Source: Flaccisagitta enflata (Eukaryota). Taken from it: 64,000 nucleotides of DNA. A model generated the notes under the pieces. It did no database searches. It saw only the letters and a program-made list of their open reading frames with translations, and was not told where the DNA came from. Each line of letters starts with the position of its first letter. The stretch's first letter is position 1. A program made the translations under genes and the position numbers. Shown piece by piece: positions 53,515-64,000 of this stretch. The DNA lies in NCBI GenBank assembly GCA_965153355.1, contig OZ231126.1, positions 26,102,001 through 26,166,000 of the forward strand, read 5' to 3'.

Positions 53515-53661
53515 CTTTTCACGTACTATTTCATTGTAAATCACCTGTTTTCAGTTGCATTAGTTATAATCCTACCCTGGGCACCCATGGAAGCAACCAC
53601 GAGACAGAGATTAACGGCAACAAACGTCGTTACAACCTCTCTCTTTTGCTCTCCCACGCGC

Positions 53662-53755
<94 letters not shown>

Positions 53756-56345
53756 TTATTTCATCGTCTCTATCTCTATCTCACGCGAAACGCGCGCGCG
53801 CAGAAATCGTCGAAATCGATGAAGAAAAATTGCGTGAAGGAAATCGTTTTCGTTGCGACTTCATTTTCCGACCATTCATCTTACTCGCAAAAGAGAGAAT
53901 TCTGACTTTCACTTACTTTTTCTTCTGTTCTCGCTTTTCTCGCTTTTTTTCCTCCTTTTTTTCGCGTGTTGCGTCCTGTTTTGTGATCACACTGGAATTC
54001 TCTCACGCTGTTTGTTGATTTCATCACATTTCTTCACACGTTTCGTCACGTGTTCGCTCTCTTAAATGACTTTTTAATCCTTTAAGTTTTGATTATGATC
54101 TACGATCCATCTAGGATCCATCTTTGATACCTAATAAGTTGATAAAATAAACTTTTACATCTAAAGAAAATGGCACGCCCAAACAAACAAACAAACAAAC
54201 AAACAAATAGCCGGATAAAAATTCAACAAAAGACAAACAAACATACATAGGCCCTCCCCACACTTCACAAACACACCCACTGAGTTTCAATCGTTGCACA
54301 CGCAAATCAAACCACACAAAAGTCAAAAGCAAAGAAAAAGAAAAAAAAAAGAAACTCGAACAAGACCATTAATTTTACGTCGGTACTCGAGGCATAACGG
54401 GCCATCCATCCATCCATCCATCCATTCATTCATGGCGCGGCGGTGGCTGTGTGTGTGAGGGAGAGAGAGAGTGTGTGTGTAATGGTCTTTTAATCATCCC
54501 GGTGGTTGAAATAAACTCGTGACACTCTCGCGCCCTCCTTTGACTTTTTATTCCGACCGATAAAGTCGTTATCATTTTTTTCTTCTTTTCTTTTTAGTCT
54601 TTTGTTCGTTCTTCGACTTGATTTATGGTTTTTTTCACGTTGTTTCTTCTTCATCTTTTCTCTCGTACGTGAAAAGAAATCCGGTCAAGGCCGTGGTGCT
54701 CCTTTTTTTCTGTTTCTGTTTCGGTCGTTGGCACATTTCACTCTTTGAGCCAATTGTAAAAGAATTTTGTCCCATGAAAATTTGCGCGAAAATTTATCAC
54801 CTAGAAAAAGAATTCGCGTTTTTACCAATTGTCCGGGCAAACGACTATGCAATCGCGTTCTTGTTAGTTGGAGCCAGTGTAAACGCGACAAAGTGAAACT
54901 TCACATGGAAAACCAATAATCGAGCTGCAACATCTAAGCTGAATGTGATGAGCCTGACCCACTTTGTTTCTTTCCTTTTTGGCGTCAAATCCGGCTCCTT
55001 CACCTGTGTTCCTCGTCGTTCTTCATTCCTCAGCTTCATCATACTCACGTTGCCACCACATTGAAATCAGTTGCTCCACATGTGACCCTCGTCGTTTTTC
55101 GTTACTTCGTTTGTAAACTTCATGATACTCACTTTGCCACCACATTGGAATCAGTTGCCCCGCTTGTGAAACTGATCGCACTCGGTCGCTCCTCTCGTGA
55201 CCTTTCTTATCGAAACACGGCTAAAAAAGACTACGTGAACGAATCCAGGCAATAAACCTTTGTACTTCACGTGACTAATCGACAACTCATTGAGGACTGA
55301 TAACTTTTAAGTCCAGACGGATTACTTTTTTTTCGCTGAAAAAAAATGAACGTAAACAAAATACAATGGATAATTGTGTTCTCAAATTACTCAGCCACCG
55401 AATGGATTATGCATTTGTTGGGTTCTAAATTCACTTCGGCCATGCCAGAAACGTAAAGGAAATCTTTTTAAATCTGTATTTCCTCGGTAGTCAAAGGTTT
55501 CGTTGGCAAATGAATATTGAATTGATAAATATCTTTTTTTCAAAATGACCTTTAGAAAAAAAACAAGGCAGGATACACGGCTACCCCAGTCGCATGCGGG
55601 TAGGCAGGGGCCATATTTGAGGTCACTTCATCATTTGGGCAGGAGCAGTTATGCCAAAGACCGCGAAAACCCAAAAAAAGTAAAGTGTGACGGACCGACG
55701 GACCGACGGACCGACAGAGCGGAATGGAACTCCGAGGCTAGGAGTCCCAGCAAACAAGTATCCCGAAAGAACGACAATGCGTCCATGTCCTGCCGTCATT
55801 CTATACAACTGGTCTGGTGCATTATTACACGGCTTCACCTTGCACCCTTTTTTTGTGTTTCAGATGGACGGTTAGACAAATACACAGGCCAATGCATGGA
55901 CAGATAGATGAATGGACGGACAGACGGGTAGACAGATAGATTAATGGATGGATAGACGGAAGGAGATGGAGATCTTCAAAAGATATACGCATTAAAAATT
56001 GGATCCAAAAAATTGGATCCAAAAAGGCCACCAAAGTCTAGGAACTACAAAAGCCAGTAACTACATCACATGGCACCTGGTTTCAAAAACATAGCGTCAT
56101 GTTACAGAAAGCTGGCGCTGTCATAACTCCGGTAGAAGCCGAATACAAATCCTGTAAATCCCAACGATTAAAGGCGCCCCTGACAAAAGATCAAAACCAG
56201 GAACAGAAATGGATTTGTACCCCGATTCAACGTTTTTAATCGGATCAATTGTTTGCTAAATTCATCACATCATTAATCCACAGATGACCATCAACTCTGT
56301 CAAATCCCTTTACATCTCAGAACTTTCCGCCGCTCGAAAACTTAC

Positions 56346-56445
<100 letters not shown>

Positions 56446-57209
56446 ATTTCTTTCTTTCTCTCTTTCTTTCCTCTCCGGTCTGCCCATTAATCACGGTGAA
56501 ATCTGAGAACTCAGACTCAGAAGAGGAAGGAAAAGAAAGAAGAAAGGGAGATGGAGTAACAAGAAAAGAGAAGAAGAGAAGAAGAAGAAAAAGGATAAGA
56601 GAAAAAAGAGAAAAAAAAGAACAAGAAAAAGAAACAGAAAGAAGGAAAGGAATAGAGAAAGAAGAGAGGAAAGTAGTTAAAGAATAAAAAGGAAAAAAAA
56701 ACAAAAACAGAATACAAAAGGAAAAAAGAATGATAAACAATAAAACAAATGTACTTCGTCGAAGCTGCGCGAAGGCATGGGACCGTCAAAAAGAAACCGG
56801 AAGAAAAATTCATATTTCATGAAGTAGACAACTGCCTTCTTTACTTTGCCAGAGCTTTTTTCTCAATCACCAGAAATCAATTTAACTTTTTTGTCATTTC
56901 ACTTAAACACCATTCATTTAAACACCACTTCATCGAACTAAGTGGAATAGAAACCTTCCCTTTTATGGCAAATGGAGTATCCAACAAGTCATGTCAAGCC
57001 TTTCTTAGTGCCTCTCTTTGCGACTTATCCTCGTCTACAAGAGGCTTTGTCCATCTGCTGGCATTTGACTTTATTTCTTTCTATATTTGACTACTCCTTC
57101 TTCCTTTCTTGCCATCTTTCTTTATATTTCATTTTCTTACTTCCTTCTATTTTTCTTTATTTCATTCTTTTTTCCTCTCTCTCTGTCTCTCTGTCTCTCT
57201 CTCTCTCTG

Positions 57210-57306
<97 letters not shown>

Positions 57307-57498
57307 ATCGGCGGCGGATGATCGCCCAGGATTTCGTCGGCTGTAAGTAAGAAGAAATAAACGAGAACGGACCATTAGCGGCATCTCGACGGCATCAAAC
57401 AGAAGCACACACACTAAAGAGAAAAGGTTAAAGGATCTCATCATCTTCGGTTTCAATCCTCATTTATCAATAATAAATTCGTCATTCATCAATAATTT

Positions 57499-57634
<136 letters not shown>

Positions 57635-59846
57635 CTCTCTCTTTCTCTAAAAAAGTTATCTTCTTCTCTTTTTGCCGCACCGTACATAAAACCATATAGT
57701 TATATATAAGGAGGTATAGAGAGAGAGAGAGAGAGAGAAGAAGAAGAAAATAATTGCGCTGAGTTTTATTTCAGTGAAACAAGGCCGGATACACGGCCAA
57801 TAAGCAGTCGCCTGCGGGTGGGCAGAGGCAGTAATGCAAGAGGGCAGGGCACTATGCGGGTGGGCGGGGGCTGTCATGTGGCTGGGCAGAGGCAGTGATG
57901 TCAAAAGATCGCCAATTCTGCCGATTTCGCGTTGTTCAAATTTTCGCGTTCCCTATACGACCTTCAGACCCTCTTATAAAATCGCTTGGCAAGCGACAAA
58001 AAAGATTTTTCGCATCCCCATGAGAGAATTGTGATTACGTTTCTAAGGGCGGCTTCCTAGTTGTTAGGTAAATGAAACAAAAGTTATTACCCTGACTTCC
58101 CCGCTTACCAATCTCCGTTGCAACCGATACAAACTTACGACATATCTAGTTTCAAACCTTCACTTGTCTTCGCCTGTCTAGAGGGATTTACCGATTCAAC
58201 TTTTAAGGTGGCCGGTCTGAAGGGAGTGACCGTGTTGCTATATTTTTTGAAAATAACACTATCAAATTTTACATCATTAGAAAGCCTAGCGTTTAAGCTT
58301 TCCTTGGTTGTTCTTACTTTTCCAATGCTCCTAATATTTCAGTTGTAGTAATAAAAAGAAGAAACATAGTTCATGATTTTTTGAGCGCTCAAGCGTGAGA
58401 TACGCTTAGTCTGAGAACATAACATGTTCGTGATTTTTTTTCTTTAAGTGGCGGAATTCGTCGTGACTTTTTTTACCCAACTTTTGAAAGCTCATATCTC
58501 TTGAACGGATTGACGGATTGACTTGAATTTTTGTATGGTAACATTATTTGACCTTGTTCACTAATGTGTGAAGATTCAAGAAATTTCAGATATTGCAACC
58601 AGCTGAACCAGCCTACCTATCCAAAAATTTCAAATCAGCGTAGCCAAAAAAGTATTCTATGAAAATTTCTGAAATTTTGCATGATTAACCATCCAACCCC
58701 TGGACAAATCCTGTGTGAGTTGTATGCCAATCACATGATTACTTTGGCCGTAATCACATGAAACATCTTTTTCATTAGAAAGCTATTCAGTACTAGTCTA
58801 CAGATTCCAAAGCAAAGCTCCTCAGGTGGAATATTAATGACAAATCCATCCTTTGATGTCATCTTGGTAACAGCATCATGTTTTTACTCCTTGGACTGAG
58901 CGTCTTCGTCTTAAAAAAAAAAAAATAATTCTAACTCGACAAATTCCGTCACTAGCGAAGCTTTCTGGCGACAGAACATAGTAGAGTGTGTTTCAAGGAT
59001 CTTTTCCGAGCGGCAGTTCTTTTCATGAATGCTTCCACAAAAACTTTCTCCCCGACGAAAAACGACAAAAAGAACGACAAAAATCAATAATGATTCGTAA
59101 TAATTGTGAATCTATCATTTCATATCAAGCTTTAAAAAATATCGCACAAAAACGGACTTTCATCTCAAAGGGGAATCTGCGTTTTTATGGTCACCGATCA
59201 CCGTTAAACGAGAACATTGACCTCTTACATAATTGGCAATTTTCACAAGATGAATATTGTATGAGCACTCGACATCATGAAATCAAACTTATTTATTGTT
59301 AGTCGTCTTTTGGTTAAGAGATTCAATTTTACTCCTTGTTCACCGTGCGGACTTGGTTTGGTGGGCTAGCAGGGCTGAGTCGGCTGACAGGAAGTAGTGG
59401 CCTGGCTTAGTTGGCTCAGTTGACTTGGCTGGCAGATCTGGATGAGCAGAGAGTAATCAACATCCTAGATGGTGTCCACTGCTGGATGTGGCTACATGTG
59501 GTCGCCATTCATTCGAAATTTTCTGCCCACGCATGAATGTGTGGTCGCAATTTATTCTTGGTTTTCTGCCCACGCATTTTTGCGTCGTGATCGCGGGGGA
59601 GTTTTCTTTGATTTTTCTTTCTTTTTCTTTTTTTTCGTTTATTGTCTTTTTGATTAACTTTCTGTTGAATTCTTTACGACATCATTTTGTCCATGTGATA
59701 GATTCTGGATTTTCGTGCTTTGGGATGTGTTTTTTTCCCACAAAAAAAAAGAAGAAAAAAAAGGAAAACAGAAGTGGTCTGGCGAAGATTTAATCGTCAC
59801 CACATGACCTGTCGCCATTTCAATCGAATTTCTTTTCAAACTTCCC

Positions 59847-60089
59847 TTTTTAGTTGCGGAAACGCAACACTATAAAAGGCTCTGTCCGTCCGTCTGTTGA
59901 TCCATCCGTCCGTCCGTGAATCCGTCCCTGATGATCGAGTCGGAAATTATGAAAACGCGCATTTATGATGCTGCAGTTGCGATTATCTGTGTGAGTGAGC
60001 ATGGGGTGGAGGAGGGTATGGATGGGGGTTGTGTTTCCTGGCCCCCTGCCCACCCGTCCTGTCATAGTGTGACCCCGCGTCACTTGTTT
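59847..60089 (+). mobile_element. HINE family A variant
   Basis: Same termini as 47273-47538. Confidence 0.8.
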
Positions 60090-60959
60090 CTAAACATCCC
60101 ATCTCTCTCCATATATGATGACATGAGCTTGTGAACGGACCTGCTCGATTCTGGGTTTCATTTAACGTCAAATACGCCTGATCTATACAATATCGCGGCC
60201 TCAACTGATTCTGACGATATCCAACTTGCAAATGCCCTTTTCTTGTCTGACTCCTCTTCGCTTAATTTTCATCTCTTCATTTGCTCAGAATGTGTCATCA
60301 TGATGACAATCGATTCTCCTCATCGTAAGAAACATGAATCTTTTCTGATAAAACCTAAAGAGCAAATCTTCGTTGACAATCGTGGTTGTTGAATCGTCAA
60401 AAACGCGAACTAAATCGGCGCGAAAACGAGTGATTACAGTGGATTAATTACGTATCGCCGCGTATAGTTATTACGATCACAGCTTGTGATTGTGCTTGTG
60501 CTTAACTCGTCAACAACGCCACCAGAAATGGAAAAGAAATTCCACCTTCCCTGAACACGTCTAACTTATCACATCGCTCACTTGTACTCACCTTGGAATT
60601 ATGAGAGGATTATTTGGTTCGTGTATTAACGCTTTGCTAACCTTAATGGCTAAATCATGAAATTAGCGTCAGAAATACTCATCTAACAACGGAAGTTATT
60701 ACCGCATGATCGCAATTCTAAGAACAAAAATACATCTGTGATATCAAATGAAACACACGTTGTTTCAGCATCAAAGGATAACTACAAAATCAATCCATGT
60801 TGTGGAATGGCGTCGTCGAGAACAAATGTCAGAACGAAATTCATTACGCTAATCCATTTTTCAATTGAATTGTGTTTCCATTTTTCCTCAGAAATAAGTC
60901 CATAATTGAAAGAAAAGGAACGGAAGTCTATGAGAAATCTCGTTGAAAGACCCCAGGAA

Positions 60960-61019
<60 letters not shown>

Positions 61020-61874
61020 AGCTTCGTGTCACGTCAATACTTCATCTCTTCGACCCGTGGGGAAGAAAGCAAGAGAAAGAGACCGAGAAGGAGCAAGAAA
61101 GGATTGATGTATATCTACCCTCCAACATCTTTTCATTACTACTTTCAACCCCTCATAAATTAAAAAGAAAAAAAAAACGGATGAAAAATGGAGTCTCTCC
61201 TTCGAAGGGAAATGTGATTTAAATCTCAATCATCGATTCTTAACGACCTCAATTAAGGTAAGTTCTAAAAGACTCGCGTCTTACTAAGGAATATATAAGG
61301 GATACCCGCCACCATTTGTCATTCATCCGCGAAAAAGAGTGAAAAAGAAAAAAAAAGAACCGAAGGAAAAAAAAAAAGAGTAAAAAAGGATTTTTTTCTC
61401 TACAAAATTGTGGAATGAAAACGTTAAGAAAGTGAGAGAAAAATGAAAGAAAACTGCATTGAGGAAGGAGAGAGGTGTATTTCTTCATTATAAAGGATGG
61501 GAAAATGGGGGGGAGAGAGTGTGTGCGAGTTTGAAGCTATGAGTAAAAACTAAAATGAGAAAATACCAATGTCACTGGGAAAGATAAAGCAAAAGAAAGG
61601 AGTGAAAAAATGAAAAGAAAACATCGCTTATTGAACTCATTCTTAGGAACGAAAAAGAGGAAAGTTATGACATGGAGTGGAGAGACAGCAGCCTATAGGA
61701 TAGCTACGAAAAACGACGTAGAAATCAAGTCAAAGAAAACATCAGATGAGCCTCGGGAGAGAGCTGGTGAAAAACAGGAATCCAGTTTGCTAAGAAAGAA
61801 AACTTTAGCCAAGGGCAGGCGTAAAAAGAAATTGGGTGAAGAGAAAAACATGAAGAAATAGAGAGTAACAACAG

Positions 61875-61931
<57 letters not shown>

Positions 61932-62138
61932 GACGAAGCGATTCTTGTGTACCAAGAAGGGAAATTTAGTGTCTATTTCACGAGGATAATTAGATTGATG
62001 TTTATCTGATTCGAGGGGCTTCATGGGTTTCTATGGGTTCTATGGGGCTGAACCGCCGTTCCCATTATGGCTCTCCAGGAAAGATGATGGCACCAGGACC
62101 ATAAAAACGCCGCTGCTAACAGCTGATGTGGGAAAGAG

Positions 62139-62174
<36 letters not shown>

Positions 62175-63105
62175 AAAAAGAGCAATGGGAATGATAAAGC
62201 TTGTGCCCCAAGATTGAGTGTGAAAGCAGCTGTTAACATTCAATTTCTCTCCGATAAATCTTCATTATGATTCCATCATTTGCTGCGCCGAGGCCGAGAA
62301 ATGGGAAAAAGAGGAAGGAGAAGAAGAAGAAGAAGAAGAAGAAGAAGAAGAAGAAGAAGAAGAAGAAGAAGAAGAAGAAGGAAATAAGAGAAAGAAAAAG
62401 AAAAAGAAAAGAAAAAGAAGAAAAAGGTAAAAAGAGAGTAGAAAATAGTCGCAAAAACAATATTTTCTTAAAACAAATGCCAAGAAATAGGTTGCGCGTA
62501 CAACTTGATGGGATAGGAAGGTGGATCCCTCATAGAGTGTTTATTAGGTTGACAGTCGGATATTATTCTATCGCGACGCGTTAACTAATTGTGAATATTG
62601 GCAAATTATTTCCATCCGCAGAATGTCCAAATTCCATGAGATTGAATTTGGCTTGCTCTCTCTTTCTCCATCATTTAACGATGAGATGAAAAGGAGTTAA
62701 AGGAGTGAAAAAAATGTTGGAAATTGTGAAAGAAAACTTAGGAACTCGGAGTCAGTAATGATTTTCCTCCCCTTGCTCGAGGCTCTGTGACTTTTTTCCC
62801 AACGTTGCGATGACTCTTTGTGAACTGTATTTTATGACACGGTTCTGTTGGCATGACGGCCTTTCCACTATCACTCACAAAAATTCTAATACCCTTTCAA
62901 TTTTAAAACTTTTAAGAAATAATGAACGATTATTTCTAGCTACTTCTTACTGCCGTATTCAATCATTCAAACATTATTGTAGGTTTCACCGTATTCTATC
63001 ATATAATCGATCGACCAAGCGAAGTCCTCCCAAGCGATTGCTTCCTCCCCTAACCACATCTTTAAGAGACAGATCTTCGTACCAGATTGATCGTATCTTT
63101 CTCAC

Positions 63106-63141
63106 CTTGTCAGTCCCTTCATTCATGACAAAAAGCGCCAT
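63106..63141 (-). CDS. Candidate first coding exon of an unidentified gene (MALFVMNEGTDK)
   Basis: GAGATGG start context, 12 codons, strong donor AAG|GTGAGA, CpG-rich UTR-like sequence upstream; downstream exons not identified. Confidence 0.4.
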
Positions 63142-63519
63142 CTCCTCCTTTGTTTTTTGTTTTTTTTTTTCTACAGCGCCACTTGCGGCGCTTTTTTCCT
63201 CTCGTGTAAGAATGGCCGGCTTTCTGCTATTTTGTTTTGACCTCGTTTCACGGCGTCGACAAAAGAGCAAAGGAGAAGAAAAGTCGGAGATAAATCGTCT
63301 CCGCGTGGCGCTACGAGTCCGGTCACGACTTCGCTCTACGACCGCTTTCTACGACCACTTCTTCTCACGCCGAGTCTCTATTACCAGTCCATTAACCAAG
63401 ACCAACGAGGGGCTTGGGAAAGAAGCCAGGCGAGAACTAGCGAGGATGGGTGAGGGAGCTATTCAGGGCAGATAGGTGGGGGTGAGGAAAAGAAGGAGGA
63501 AAGAGGGTTTTTTTTACAT

Positions 63520-63617
63520 TGTGGGGTGGTAGTGGTGGTGGTGGTGGTGGTGGTGGTGGTGGTGGTGGTGGTGGTGGTGGTGGTGATGGTGGTGGTGGTG
63601 GTGGTGATGATGGTGGT
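63520..63617. repeat. (GGT)n microsatellite
   Basis: Seen directly. Confidence 0.95.
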
Positions 63618-64000
63618 TTTGAAGCTTCAGTTCAACTCTGTCGTACAGAAATGAAAGGTGGAAATGAAAGAGGAAGAGGAAAGGCAACAATCTTGGCTTT
63701 AGGAAAGGTATATTACAAAAAACAAGGGTAGGGAGTCGTGAATGTCCTGTACACTGTACAGATGCAGCTGACCAGCAGCTGACAAGAAAAATAGAGATAA
63801 AATGTAGCTCTTGAGTCAAAATATGGTGACACGCTAACTTAGATCGAAAATGTACATGAAGAAATTTTACTACAAAGAAGCTAGCACAAAGGAAACTAGA
63901 TGGATGTTTCAAAACCTTAATGGAAACTGTGTATATTCTAACTCTTCCTTTTGCTCCCTTCTCTAAACAAGCCAATGACAAATGACAACCATAATGAACC

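Noticed and set aside
54601-54622. miR-375-like TTTGTTCGTTC
   Set aside because: No complementary arm nearby
59928-59947. Hammerhead-like CTGATGA...GAAA
   Set aside because: No valid stem II or flanking stems; lies within a HINE
60545-60720. Chain of possible minus-strand microexons
   Set aside because: Phases do not link to the phase-0 exon at 63106 without a stop; peptide unrecognisable
62810-63475. 221-aa plus-strand ORF
   Set aside because: No recognisable domain; overlaps a better-supported minus-strand start/donor arrangement

Overview
AT-rich, repeat-dense animal (probably invertebrate) genomic DNA. Most entries in the ORF track are microsatellite or minisatellite artefacts. One well-supported gene is present: a 3-exon minus-strand gene (26629-26324, 25618-25292, 24996-24424; about 401 aa). 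It encodes a secreted precursor with a signal peptide, a long prodomain, an RRRRR furin site and a 110-aa cystine-knot domain. It looks like a highly divergent TGF-beta superfamily ligand, with a shortened finger 1, a C-x5-C knot segment and an extra Cys pair. The rest of the window is dominated by three repeat classes. The first is non-autonomous Helentron-type elements (HINE/DINE-1-like), some carrying central tandem repeats. The second is TA-flanked Tc1/mariner/pogo-type MITEs, including a triple nest, plus a hAT-like element that contains a 2-kb satellite. The third is many mini- and microsatellites. A few isolated candidate exons and promoter-like islands of unidentified genes are also visible. 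No rRNA, tRNA, CRISPR array or intact transposase was found.
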